A DNA stretch of 64,000 nucleotides from Bacillota bacterium (GTDB lineage: Bacteria; Bacillota; Clostridia; Lachnospirales; Lachnospiraceae), in contig JAEZFK010000035.1 of NCBI GenBank assembly GCA_023437715.1, positions 16,838 through 80,837 of the forward strand, given 5' to 3'. This document shows positions 54,537 through 64,000 of the stretch, in pieces. The notes under the pieces are model-generated. The model was not told where the DNA came from, made no database searches, and saw only the letters and a list, made by a program, of their open reading frames with translations. A program made the position numbers and the translations under genes. Within the stretch, counting starts at the first letter, position 1; each line of letters starts with the position of its first letter.

Positions 54537-56861
54537 TTATCCCGCAGTCCTCTCAATATCTATTACCCCGTCGATCTGCCGCAGCTTATCCACCAATTTC
54601 CCCAATTCCTCCACCCCGTGGATGTCAAAGGTCATGGTAATTGTCGCCTTGCCCTGCTTGTTTGTCCTGGAATTCATGGAAGTGATGTCGATCTGCCTCT
54701 CTGTAAATACCTTGGAAATGTCAACAAACATGCCGATCCGGTTATTGGCAAATATTTTTATTTCCGTGGAATACCGCTCCTTGGTGTCGTCTCCCTCTGA
54801 CTTCTGCCATTCCGCATCAATTAAACGGTTTCTCTCATCCTCCGGCAAATTCAGAACATTGACACAGTCGGTCCTGTGGATGGAAATGCCTCTGCCTCTT
54901 GTGACAAAGCCCACGATCTCATCTCCCGGCACCGGGCTGCAGCACTTGGAGAAACGGACCGCAAGGTCATGGATTCCTTTTACCACGATCCCGCTTCCGG
55001 AATGCCTTTTCACAGGAAGCCTGCTGCCCATATCCTCGATATCATTTAAAATGGTGGTGTCGGTCACTTCCTTTTTCAGCTTCTTATTCCGTTCGTCCAC
55101 CATCTTGTTGATGACCTGGCCTTCTTTTAAGCCGCCGTGGCCGATGGAGGCCAGAACCGATTCCCAGTCCCGGAACGCGTAGCGCTTCATGACCTTTTCC
55201 TGGTACTCCGGCTTATTGATGTCAGGATAGTTGATTCCCTTGGTCTTGCAGTAGCGCTCCACCATTTCCTTGCCCCGGAGGATGTTATCCTCCTTCAGCT
55301 CGGTCTTAAACCACTGGTTGATCTTATTCTTGGCCTGGGGACTTTTTACCACATTGAGCCAGTCCCGGCTGGGCCCCTTGCTGTTCTGGGAGGTGACGAT
55401 CTCCACCTGATCCCCGCTCTGGATCACGTAATCGATGTTTACCAGCTTTCCGTTGACCCTGGCCCCCACCATCTTGTTGCCGACGGCGCTGTGGATGGAA
55501 TAGGCAAAGTCAATGGGCGTTGAGCCGCCCGGCAGGTTTTTCACATCCCCGGACGGGGTGAAGCAGTAAACGCTGTCGGAGAATAAGTCTAAATCTCCCT
55601 TGACCATATTTAAGAATTCCTTGTTGTCGGACATGTCCTTCTGCCATTCTAAAATCTGGCGCAGCCAGCTTAGCTTCTCTTCCTCTTTGCCTGCCGCCAC
55701 CTGTCCGCTTCCGCTCTCCTTGTACTTCCAGTGGGCGGCAATTCCGTATTCTGCGGTACGGTGCATGTCATAGGTTCTGATCTGGATTTCAAAGGGCTGT
55801 CCGTTGCTTCCGATCAGGGTCGTATGAAGAGACTGGTACATGTTGGGCTTCGGCATGGCGATGTAGTCCTTGAAACGGCCCGGAATGGGCTTATACATCT
55901 CATGGATCACTCCCAGGGCCGCATAGCAGTCCTTTACGCTGTCTACGATGATCCGCACGGCAAATAAATCGTAAATCTGATCCAGGGTCTTGTTCTGATT
56001 CACCATCTTTTTATAGATGCTGAAAAAATGCTTTACCCGGCCGTCCACCCTGGCCTCGATCCCGGAGGATTTCAAATGCTCCTGGACCTCATCCACAATG
56101 CTCTTTACAAAGGATTCCCGGGCATCCTTTTTTAGGGATATCTTTTCCGCCAGCTCATAATAGATTTCCGGCTGTAAGTATTTTAAGGAAAGGTCGTCAA
56201 GCTCAATCTTGATTTTGGAAATACCAAGGCGGTGAGCGATGGGAGCATAGATTTCCATGGTCTCCTTGGCCTTTTCCTTCTGCTTCTCCGGCCTCATGTA
56301 CTGCAGAGTCCGCATGTTGTGCAAACGGTCTGCCAGCTTGATGATAATAACGCGGATGTCCTTTGCCATGGCTAAGAACATCTTTCTTAAGTTCTCTGCC
56401 TGAATCTCCATCTTATCCATGGACCAGGAGATCTGGGTCAGCTTGGTGACGCCGTCCACCAGCAGAGCCACCTCTTCCCCGAACTCCTTTTTCATCTCAT
56501 CCAGAGACATGATGGTGTCCTCCACCACATCGTGGAGAATGCCTGCGGCAATGGTCTCTTTATCCATTTCCAGATCCGCCAGAATAATGGCAACACAAAG
56601 AGGGTGAATGATATAGGGTTCACCCGATTTGCGCCTCTGATCCTTATGCGCTTCATCCGCAATATGATACGCCTTTTCGATCATGGAGATATCATCGGAG
56701 GGATGGTACCGCCTGATGCTGTCGATCAATTCCTGATAAAGCACTTCCGGACTGGTAAAGTCGGCCGGAGCTTCTAAATCTGCATCCAGTTTATACTTCT
56801 CCGGAGCTTCTTTTCCCATAGTTGCCGTATTACTCTTTTCCATAATTGGATTATCTGCCAT
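54537..56861 (-). CDS. relA: Bifunctional (p)ppGpp synthetase/hydrolase Rel
   Basis: HDVVED, RFKD, YQSLHT, EIQIRT, TGS and ACT domains. Confidence 0.97.
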   Translation of the reverse strand: MADNPIMEKSNTATMGKEAPEKYKLDADLEAPADFTSPEVLYQELIDSIRRYHPSDDISMIEKAYHIADEAHKDQRRKSGEPYIIHPLCVAIILADLEMDKETIAAGILHDVVEDTIMSLDEMKKEFGEEVALLVDGVTKLTQISWSMDKMEIQAENLRKMFLAMAKDIRVIIIKLADRLHNMRTLQYMRPEKQKEKAKETMEIYAPIAHRLGISKIKIELDDLSLKYLQPEIYYELAEKISLKKDARESFVKSIVDEVQEHLKSSGIEARVDGRVKHFFSIYKKMVNQNKTLDQIYDLFAVRIIVDSVKDCYAALGVIHEMYKPIPGRFKDYIAMPKPNMYQSLHTTLIGSNGQPFEIQIRTYDMHRTAEYGIAAHWKYKESGSGQVAAGKEEEKLSWLRQILEWQKDMSDNKEFLNMVKGDLDLFSDSVYCFTPSGDVKNLPGGSTPIDFAYSIHSAVGNKMVGARVNGKLVNIDYVIQSGDQVEIVTSQNSKGPSRDWLNVVKSPQAKNKINQWFKTELKEDNILRGKEMVERYCKTKGINYPDINKPEYQEKVMKRYAFRDWESVLASIGHGGLKEGQVINKMVDERNKKLKKEVTDTTILNDIEDMGSRLPVKRHSGSGIVVKGIHDLAVRFSKCCSPVPGDEIVGFVTRGRGISIHRTDCVNVLNLPEDERNRLIDAEWQKSEGDDTKERYSTEIKIFANNRIGMFVDISKVFTERQIDITSMNSRTNKQGKATITMTFDIHGVEELGKLVDKLRQIDGVIDIERTAG

Positions 56862-56916
56862 ATGCCGTCACCTTTGATTGGAACATTTCCGGTTTTCACC
56901 GGTTTTTTAAACGTAG

Positions 56917-57912
56917 TTAACATTCATTATAAATATTATTGTCGAAAAATGCAATTATTTTTTCTTTCTCACTTTCTTCAAGGAAAGCGGCCTCCAGGGC
57001 ATAGCGGTTCATCTGTCTCAAATCCGCTTCCGTAAAGCCCATGTGCTCCCTGATGAGAGCCGCTTCTTTTTCCAGGGTAGTATCGGAAACCGTCATGTTG
57101 TCCGTATTATAGGTCACCCGGATGCCCCTGTCATAAAATGCTTTTAAGGGGTGTTCCTCAATGGACGGTACCGCTTTCGTCTGAAGATTGCTGATCACGC
57201 ACATCTCTAATGTAATCTTTTCCTTTTTTAAAAGGTCCATACACGCTTCCGACTGAATGGCCGCACAGCCGTGCCCGATCCTTTTTGCGCCGTAGGACAC
57301 GGCCCTGACGATGTTCTCATAATCTCCGCATTCTCCTGCGTGGATGGTAAAGGGAATATCCTTTTTATAGGCTTCCTTAAAAATAAGGGAGAAATGCTCC
57401 ATGGGGACCAGCCCTTCCGGCCCTGCAATGTCCACCCCCACAACGCCTCTTCCCTTATAGGCGGCAGCCAGCTCAAAGGTTTCCTCATTTTCCCGGTCCG
57501 CCCCATTGACCATGGCGCAAAGCAGGATGCCCGCTTTCATGCCGGTTTTTTCCGTTCCCTTTTCCAGCCCCTTTAAAACCGCTTCTATAACTTTTTCCTT
57601 TGTAAGCCCCTTTTTCATATGAAGCTGGGGCGCAAAACGGATTTCACTGTAAATGAGTCCCTGCCCGGCAAGACGCTCCGTCAAATCCGCGGTGGCAAGC
57701 GTAAGAGCCTCCTCTGTCTGGAGAAGCTGACCCGGTAGGTCAAAGCATTTTAAATAGTCCACCAGGCTTTCACAGCTGTCTCCTACGGAGACGCTTTCCT
57801 TTATATCTTTTCCTTTAAAATCATATCCGATCTGCTCTGCCAAAAGCCTTATCACATCGATGGATAAGGAGCCGTCCAAATGCAGATGGAGGTCTGTTTC
57901 CATTGGTTTCAT
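56917..57912 (-). CDS. add: Adenosine deaminase
   Basis: DLHLHLDGS, EIRFAP, TIHAGE, RIGHG, NTDN. Confidence 0.93.
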   Translation of the reverse strand: MKPMETDLHLHLDGSLSIDVIRLLAEQIGYDFKGKDIKESVSVGDSCESLVDYLKCFDLPGQLLQTEEALTLATADLTERLAGQGLIYSEIRFAPQLHMKKGLTKEKVIEAVLKGLEKGTEKTGMKAGILLCAMVNGADRENEETFELAAAYKGRGVVGVDIAGPEGLVPMEHFSLIFKEAYKKDIPFTIHAGECGDYENIVRAVSYGAKRIGHGCAAIQSEACMDLLKKEKITLEMCVISNLQTKAVPSIEEHPLKAFYDRGIRVTYNTDNMTVSDTTLEKEAALIREHMGFTEADLRQMNRYALEAAFLEESEKEKIIAFFDNNIYNEC

Positions 57913-58006
57913 AACGATCCCTCCTACATTTTATAAGAATATTTTATCATATTATAAGGGAGGGGACAATTACTTTATTGGGGATGGGGAGTGTAAACTG
58001 TGTAGC

Positions 58007-58035
58007 AGAAAAGCACCCTCGTCAGGTGCTTTTCT
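58007..58035. terminator. Bidirectional terminator-like hairpin
   Basis: AGAAAAGCACC-N7-GGTGCTTTTCT. Confidence 0.6.
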
Positions 58036-58141
58036 CAGACTGTAGACAAAGACGGAGGCAGAGAGGGAGTTCCAGCACCTTCTTTCAAAACAGATATTCT
58101 TATATATTTTCATTAATAAATGGTGTGTTACCACTTTTACA

Positions 58142-58216
58142 CCGGTTCGCGGTTCGATACTTCAATACCTGATTCGCAGGGCGAAGACAGCAATCATAAT
58201 GCTCGTCATAAACACA
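58142..58216 (-). mobile_element. Short relic of an IS1182-family-like transposase
   Basis: Minus frame reads CVYDEHYDCCLRPANQVLKYRTANR, preceded by in-frame stops; resembles the YDE.YDCY.CP..Q.L.Y.TTNR motif. Confidence 0.55.
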
Positions 58217-58354
58217 CTAGTCTCCGCTCTCCGGAACTTATGATTTACATTGCTCAGCCTGGAAAAGCCTGTACTGCATAGCAAGAAGTTTAGCGAATGG
58301 AACTCACCCGGCTGCTTTTGCGGTAAAATATCATTGCAGCTTATAAGTATTAAG

Positions 58355-58937
58355 TCATATTTCAGCAACTACTCTGCAAGGAAGTCCTGTGAATCCATGA
58401 AAATTTAGTGGGAAAGTATATACTGTAAAAGGTTTATCTCCAGCCTCCTTTAAGAGCAAATCCAGATTATCAAGATTTTCAATGATGAATACGCCATTGT
58501 TTGCACAATATTGGTCAATACGCGCATGATCTTTTTGATCCTTTGATGCCAACCATGTCCACGCCAATGAAACTTACCTTTTTATCCAGAAGAAGATAGT
58601 CGATCAGTTCATCAGATAGCTCTATATGAGGCAAAAAATATTCATCTGTACCATAACCATACTTCTTTAAAAGGCCCGAATGAAAAATAACAAAATCATT
58701 TTGGCATACTCTGTGCAAATCCAAATCCTCTACTTTCACTTCATGCGATTTGATGTTACTGATATCAAATATATTACCTTTTGTGACGATGTTTTCCAAG
58801 GAAAACTCTTTGTTCATAACATCAAAATGAGTTCCAATATGACCGGCTTTATTAAAGTCCGGCTTCTCTGACTGAGAAATGAACCCAAATGTTTCCAATT
58901 GCTCTTTTTCTACCCTAAGGCTCAAATTTAACTTCAT
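58355..58937 (-). pseudogene. Cyclase (KynB-like) family protein, frameshifted
   Basis: GHIGTHFD and IGVD in one frame; DQYCA..GVFIIENL...GLPCRVVAE in another; one extra base in the A5 run (58532-58536). Confidence 0.8.
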
Positions 58938-58960
58938 GCTAATCAAACTCCTTTTATTTA

Positions 58961-59088
58961 TTATTTCCCGAGAAACTATTTTATCATACAGCTTTGATGT
59001 TGCTTTGTCAATATTTTTTATATATTCAATAAATACATTGATAAATGCATTTGAAAATGATATAATAAAATAGTTTCCACAGAAAATA
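58961..59088. promoter_or_regulatory. Divergent promoters with two palindromic MarR-type operator candidates
   Basis: TTATTTC-N4-GAAACTA (58961-58978), TAGTTTC-N4-GAAAATA (59071-59088); minus TTGACA-N17-TATGAT; plus TGaTATAAT. Confidence 0.6.
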
Positions 59089-59103
59089 TAATTAAAAAGG
59101 AAC

Positions 59104-59610
59104 ATGGTGCTGATGATAGAAGAACGACAATCGGAGATAAATGCATTATTAAATAAAATGGCAGCCTGGTTTGATTATTCAAAAGATTTTATGCAGTTGC
59201 ACGAAGATACTATGAACAAATTTGTTATTCAATGCGGATATAAAAACTTATACCGTAAAGACTTAACGTTTTCAGAATATCATGTGATTGACTGCATCGG
59301 TAAAAACCATCTGCCGAATTCAACCTTTATTGCAAAGCAGTTGGATATGACCAAGGGGGCCATATCCAAGATAACTACAAAGCTGATATCAAAAGGTTTA
59401 ATAAATGCAAACCGTTTGGAAAACAACAAAAAAGAGGTCTACTTTACGCTCACTTCTCAAGGCAAAGAAGCTTATGAAGTTCACGAAAAGATTCACGACT
59501 CTGAAAATAGTAAGTTGGTAAATATATTTAATAAGTACGATCTAGAAGAGTTAAAAATCATTTATAGATTTCTGGACGATATTTTGAACGGATTACCCAA
59601 AGACATTTAG
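59104..59610 (+). CDS. MarR-family transcriptional regulator
   Basis: LTFSEYHVIDCIG, MTKGAISKITTKL, NKKEVYFTLT..G. Confidence 0.92.
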   Translation: MVLMIEERQSEINALLNKMAAWFDYSKDFMQLHEDTMNKFVIQCGYKNLYRKDLTFSEYHVIDCIGKNHLPNSTFIAKQLDMTKGAISKITTKLISKGLINANRLENNKKEVYFTLTSQGKEAYEVHEKIHDSENSKLVNIFNKYDLEELKIIYRFLDDILNGLPKDI

Positions 59611-59792
59611 CAATTTAAAGTGAGGTGATAAGCTTTTTTGCATCCGTTTTGATTAAATCATTTATTGGCAAGTAATACAGGCCCTCCTGTCGCATTACTG
59701 CTATTGGAGGGCCCTTAGAGAAGTGTACATTAGGCCGATGAATATTAGCCGTAACTTAAAAAATTTGATTACAGGCATCGATGTATATACAA

Positions 59793-60209
59793 CTAAATTT
59801 GACAGTTCGGCATTAAATTCAGTAAAGCACCAAATCGCTGGCAAGCCGTTATAAAACAAATAAGTGCTAAGAGCTCCGAAATCTCACTTTCTGTAAATAC
59901 TTCTTTTAACGCACTGAATTCACTGTCACTCATATGTGTTTCTTTACTCGAAAGGTCTGCGACATGGGCAGCCATTTGTGTTCGGGCATCCATTATGATA
60001 TCCGAAGAAGTTCCTTTGGCTTTGCAATATTCACATCCGTTATTAAAAGCCAGAGTGCGCCGAACCTCCTCTTTCAATTCTGGGGAAAATGTGCTGCTGG
60101 AATAAAAGCATTCTTCCAGAGAAGTCCATTTCTCCAAAATGTTTTTATTATGTCCCAATAATTGCTGAAAAGGTGTAGACCCGTTCTGCGAAAAAGAAAT
60201 CATTTCCAT
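59793..60209 (-). CDS. Carboxymuconolactone decarboxylase/AhpD-like protein
   Basis: LKEEVRRTLA..NGCEYC; FTESEISEL. Confidence 0.8.
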   Translation of the reverse strand: MEMISFSQNGSTPFQQLLGHNKNILEKWTSLEECFYSSSTFSPELKEEVRRTLAFNNGCEYCKAKGTSSDIIMDARTQMAAHVADLSSKETHMSDSEFSALKEVFTESEISELLALICFITACQRFGALLNLMPNCQI

Positions 60210-60347
60210 ATTTGCTCCTCCTTAAAATTATATTTTCAATTGACAAAATAATTATAACAGGAATATAATCGGAAGTGCATTCCAAATGATATAATATATA
60301 TGACATTTTATTCATTCTGATACATTTTATTTAGAAAGGTATTTCAA

Positions 60348-60791
60348 ATGATAATTGACGAAATAGATGCACGGATTTTACATGAGTTGCAAACAGATTG
60401 CCGCATTTCCATAAGAGAGTTATCCAAGCGAGTGAACCTTTCGCCGCCTTCCGTTACCGAAAGGGTGAGAAGGCTTGAGGATAACAATATCATTGAGGGA
60501 TATACCATCCGCCTCAATAAGAAAAATCTTGGCTTTACCATCGACTGTATCATTGAAGTCACAATGAGAGATGGACAATATGAGAAGTTTAAGAGTTTTA
60601 TTAAGGATTATAAGTACAGTGAATGGTGCCACAGAATTGCTGGAGCATCGTGCTTTATCGTAAAATTGTCAGTTCGTTCTTTGGAGGATATTGAACAGTT
60701 TATCAATGCCATATCCCCCTATGCTCAAACGGAGACATCCATTGTTTTTTCAAAAGTAGAAGTTAATGATATTATAGATAAGTTTTTATAA
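60348..60791 (+). CDS. Lrp/AsnC-family regulator
   Basis: IDEIDARIL..LQ.DCRIS..ELSKRVNLSPPSV.ERVRRLE; CHRIAG. Confidence 0.95.
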   Translation: MIIDEIDARILHELQTDCRISIRELSKRVNLSPPSVTERVRRLEDNNIIEGYTIRLNKKNLGFTIDCIIEVTMRDGQYEKFKSFIKDYKYSEWCHRIAGASCFIVKLSVRSLEDIEQFINAISPYAQTETSIVFSKVEVNDIIDKFL

Positions 60792-60874
60792 ATTGATTTT
60801 CTTATTGTTTTTGTATTACATCTGTAAACTGTCTCTTTTGTAGATTTTATTTCGTATAAATTTTAAAAAGCACA

Positions 60875-60909
60875 AAAAAGACAGATGGAGCAAATCCATC
60901 TGTCTTTTT
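60875..60909. terminator. Bidirectional terminator between convergent genes
   Basis: AAAAAGACAGATGGA-gcaaa-TCCATCTGTCTTTTT. Confidence 0.8.
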
Positions 60910-61816
60910 ACAAAACCAGGCACCAAAGCGGTATGGTCACCAGGGATAACAAGGTGGTTATCACCACGCACTTTGTGGCAAATATATAATCCCCGTCATA
61001 CTTGGCCGCCAGTATGGCCGTGGTGCTCCCGGCCGGCATACCGGTCAGCAGGACCGACACTCCGGAAAGAAGAGGATCCACATGCAGCAGGCGGCAGCAG
61101 GCAAAGACCAGAAATGGAATCAGAACCAGACGGATAAAGGAATATTTTACGATCCCCTTATCCAGTATGCTTCCCGGCTCCACTTCTGCCAGGATAGTGC
61201 CGATCAGCACCATGGACACGGCAGTGGTGCAGCCTCCCACACTCCGGATGGTATCCTCCAGAAAAACAGGCAGGGAAATCTGAAGCGTCATTAAAACCAT
61301 GCCGATGTAAACCGCCACGATGCAGGGGTGGGTCAAAACCTTTTTCACCACCTCTTTCCGGTCCGGGCTTTCCGTAAAATAGGAAATTCCGGCGGACCAC
61401 ATGACGATTCTCTGGGGGATCAGAAAGATGGAGGCATACATAAGCCCTTCGGCCCCATAGACCCCTTCGGCAATGGGATTGCCCATAAAGCCCGCATTGG
61501 AACAGACCGTACCGTATTGAAGCACTTTCTTTCTCCCAGCCGTCTCCCGGTTATAAAATACTCTGGCAAACAGCAGGCTGGCTATCTGGATTAAAGCGGC
61601 GATGATGAGAATAATCCCAAAACCCTTCAGGATATTCATATTAAATTCTATAAAAAATGAGCTGATGATATTGCAGGGAAGGATCAGGCAGATCACCAGA
61701 TCGGTCAGGACGGATTTTGCCGTCTCCGGCAAAATCCCCCGCTTCCTCAATACAACACCAGCAGCCACCAGGAGAAACAGCATCCCCTGAAGATTGATTA
61801 AATGGATAAAATTCAT
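60908..61816 (-). CDS. AEC-family (auxin efflux carrier-like) transporter
   Basis: About 10 TMs; SNAGFMGNP, GMPAG, TTLLSLVTIP. Confidence 0.9.
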   Translation of the reverse strand: MNFIHLINLQGMLFLLVAAGVVLRKRGILPETAKSVLTDLVICLILPCNIISSFFIEFNMNILKGFGIILIIAALIQIASLLFARVFYNRETAGRKKVLQYGTVCSNAGFMGNPIAEGVYGAEGLMYASIFLIPQRIVMWSAGISYFTESPDRKEVVKKVLTHPCIVAVYIGMVLMTLQISLPVFLEDTIRSVGGCTTAVSMVLIGTILAEVEPGSILDKGIVKYSFIRLVLIPFLVFACCRLLHVDPLLSGVSVLLTGMPAGSTTAILAAKYDGDYIFATKCVVITTLLSLVTIPLWCLVL

Positions 61817-63039
61817 TGTGCATCCTTTGACTTCATATATTCATCCATGGCCTGGGCCACCTTTTTGGAGTAGGCGGTAGCTTCCACCACGGTTCTGGCT
61901 CCCAGGACCACATCTCCTGAAGCGAAAATGCCCGGGATGGTGGTTTCTCCCCTGTCGTCGGTGACGAGAAGGCCGTTCTTGCTGGCCTTTAAGCCGTCGG
62001 TCGTATTTACAAGCTTGCTCTTTGGCCCCTGGCTGACGGAGATGATGGTGGAATCCGCATAGACCTGCTCCCGTTCTTCCTCCATGCCGATCTGGTTTCC
62101 TTCCTCATCGTAAATGATATTCTCAAATACAGGGCCGTCGTCGGTGATCTCCAGGATCTGCTTTCCGAACTGGAACTGGGCTCCGTCAAGCTTTGCATAG
62201 GCTGTCTCATGCTCGCTGGCATGGCTGGATAAGCCTCTGGCATAAAGGGTCACATTCCTGGCTCCATGGCGGATCACAGTCCTTGCCACGTCCATGGCGG
62301 AATTTCCCATACCGATGATGGCTACCGTATCTCCCAGGTCATAGGCGTCGGGATTTGCCAGATAATCAATGGCATAATGGACATTTCCCAGGGATTCCCC
62401 CTTAACGCCCAAAGTCTTTGGCCTCCAGACTCCTGTTCCAATAAAGATGCTCTGATACCCGTCCCGGAGTAAGTCCTTGATTTCCAGGGCGGTTCCGATG
62501 GCCGTGTTGGGGCGGATCTTTACGCCGATTTCCAGAAGCTTCTTTTTGTAGCGCTCTAAAATGGACTTGGGAAGGCGGAATTCCGGTATACCGTACTGAA
62601 GCACGCCTCCCAGCTTATCCTTTGCATCAAAAATCGTCACGCTGTAGCCTTCCTTTGTAAGGTAAACGGCTATGGTGATGCCTGCAGGTCCGGCGCCGAT
62701 TACCGCCACCTTTTTCCCGTTTTTCGGCTTGCACTCGATTTTTATTTTATTAAAAACAGTGTCGGAGATGTAATTTTCTATGCTGCTGATATGAACCGGC
62801 TGTCCTTTTTTTCCAAGAATGCAGTGACCCTCGCACTGCTTTTCATGGTTGCAGACCAGGGAACAGACAAGAGACAGGGGGTTGTTTTCAAATACCATGT
62901 CTCCCGCCCTGTTTAAATCTCCCTCTTTAAAAGCCTGGATCATCTGGGGAATGGGGGTGTTGATTGGACAGCCCTGACGGCACAAGGGCTTCTTACAATT
63001 TAAACATCTGTTTGCTTCGTCAATTACGTGAACAGCCAT
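61813..63039 (-). CDS. GltD/NfnB-like Fe-S flavoprotein oxidoreductase
   Basis: RCLNCKKPLCRQGCP, GAGPAG, YGIPEFRLPK, GMGNSAMD, FASGDV. Confidence 0.88.
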   Translation of the reverse strand: MAVHVIDEANRCLNCKKPLCRQGCPINTPIPQMIQAFKEGDLNRAGDMVFENNPLSLVCSLVCNHEKQCEGHCILGKKGQPVHISSIENYISDTVFNKIKIECKPKNGKKVAVIGAGPAGITIAVYLTKEGYSVTIFDAKDKLGGVLQYGIPEFRLPKSILERYKKKLLEIGVKIRPNTAIGTALEIKDLLRDGYQSIFIGTGVWRPKTLGVKGESLGNVHYAIDYLANPDAYDLGDTVAIIGMGNSAMDVARTVIRHGARNVTLYARGLSSHASEHETAYAKLDGAQFQFGKQILEITDDGPVFENIIYDEEGNQIGMEEEREQVYADSTIISVSQGPKSKLVNTTDGLKASKNGLLVTDDRGETTIPGIFASGDVVLGARTVVEATAYSKKVAQAMDEYMKSKDAQ

Positions 63040-63280
63040 AATTTTTCTTCCTTTCTTTTCTTACTGCCAAATTGCTCCTCAATATTACTCATCTTTTTAT
63101 TGCATAATGTATACAGCTTTTTTGCATTTTTTCACATCATAGCACACATAAAATATTAAAATCAATAGACAGGAACAATGTATAGAAAAAAATAAATTAT
63201 GATAAAATTATGTCGATTCCGTTTATTTTTAAACAAACCTTTTAACCGGCAAAATCCTTTTCTTTTCCCGCTTCTGTTTC

Positions 63281-63805
63281 CTATTTTCCTTCGTAGGTGA
63301 TCACGGATTCCACATCATATCCTGCAAGCTTTTCTCTGCCATTTAATCCGGCCAGCTCCATGATAAAGCAGATCTTTACCACTTCGCCTCCCAGCTCTTC
63401 AACCAGCTTGATGATGGCTTCTATGGTACCGCCAGTGGCGATCAGATCATCGATAATGACCACCTTCTGTCCCGGCTTTATGGAATCCTTATGGATCTCA
63501 ATGGTAGCCGTGCCGTACTCCAGGGCATAATCTGCAGACAGCACCTCTCTCGGAAGCTTTCCCTTTTTCCTGACAGGGATAAAGCCCTTGTGCTCGGCAT
63601 AAGCCACCGGAACGCCGAAAATGAATCCCCTTGATTCCGGTCCCACAATGGAATCATACTCCAGGCCCTTTAACATCCCGCGGATACCGTCTACAGCCAG
63701 ACACAGGCCGTCCGGATCTTCAAGTATGGTAGTCACATCCCGGAAAATAATCCCTTCCTCCGGGAAATCCGGAATGCTTGTGACATAATCCTCTAATTTT
63801 TTCAT
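63281..63805 (-). CDS. apt: Adenine phosphoribosyltransferase
   Basis: IPDFP..GI.FRD, ESRGF, RKKGKLP, IDDLIATGGT. Confidence 0.98.
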   Translation of the reverse strand: MKKLEDYVTSIPDFPEEGIIFRDVTTILEDPDGLCLAVDGIRGMLKGLEYDSIVGPESRGFIFGVPVAYAEHKGFIPVRKKGKLPREVLSADYALEYGTATIEIHKDSIKPGQKVVIIDDLIATGGTIEAIIKLVEELGGEVVKICFIMELAGLNGREKLAGYDVESVITYEGK

Positions 63806-63975
63806 CTTCTACACCTCGTATCGTCTCTTTTTTCTAAAATAGGGCATAAATTTCCGCCTTTTTTATTATAACTCAAAGATTCCGCACAGGCAAATATTGT
63901 TTTTAAATATACGTGTCTTGTAAATCGGTTCAATCAAAACTATAATGAAAAAAAACGGAAAAGAAGGAGGAGTTC

Positions 63976-64000
63976 ATGAAAATCGTTCAGGGCGTAAGCT
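63976..64000 (+). CDS. Start of an unidentified gene (MKIVQGVS...), truncated by window
   Basis: ATG after strong AAGGAGG RBS. Confidence 0.5.

Noticed and set aside
53309..55182. Long plus-strand ORFs of 284 and 261 aa
   Set aside because: Antisense shadows of hemZ, MBL hydrolase and relA with no recognisable motifs
57913..58080. Purine riboswitch upstream of add
   Set aside because: No TATAAT..GATATGG..GTTTCTACC..CCGTAAA pattern visible
58162..58368. 68-aa minus-strand ORF as a real gene
   Set aside because: No family motifs; overlaps the transposase relic in another frame

Overview
Chromosomal window from a Firmicute, most consistent with Lachnospiraceae (Lacrimispora/Enterocloster-like; inferred from gene content and protein style only). 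1-38 kb is a Gram-positive flagellar/chemotaxis cluster: flgL end, DUF6470, fliW, csrA, two FliD-type genes, fliS, then a long minus-strand run cheW-flgB-fliEFGHIJK-flgD-TIGR02530-flgE-flbD-motAB-fliM-cheY-flgC-fliY-fliOPQR-flhBA-fliA-flgFG-cheCDV-EAL/HDOD. 38-57 kb holds a two-component pair, kduI, an MCP, two GT2-TPR glycosyltransferases, a GNAT, a LysM-containing 5'-nucleotidase and aspS-hisS-hemZ-MBL-relA. 57-64 kb holds add, a small AT-rich islet (IS1182-like relic, frameshifted cyclase, MarR, AhpD-like, Lrp), an AEC transporter, a GltD-like oxidoreductase and apt. Best leads: (1) an orphan ParA plus a ComFB-domain partner with a 22-unit Gln-pentad linker, converging on a catalytically degenerate EAL-HDOD gene, in a cluster lacking flhF/flhG - a candidate c-di-GMP-responsive positioning system; (2) MotB has Tyr at the essential ion-binding Asp; (3) a structured flgE leader directly behind a small protein with a RelE/BECR-like signature; (4) a ~230-aa helical insert in FlgE; (5) relocated flgC and an internal CheY-binding-type motif in FliY. 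All family calls are from motif recognition; no searches were run.
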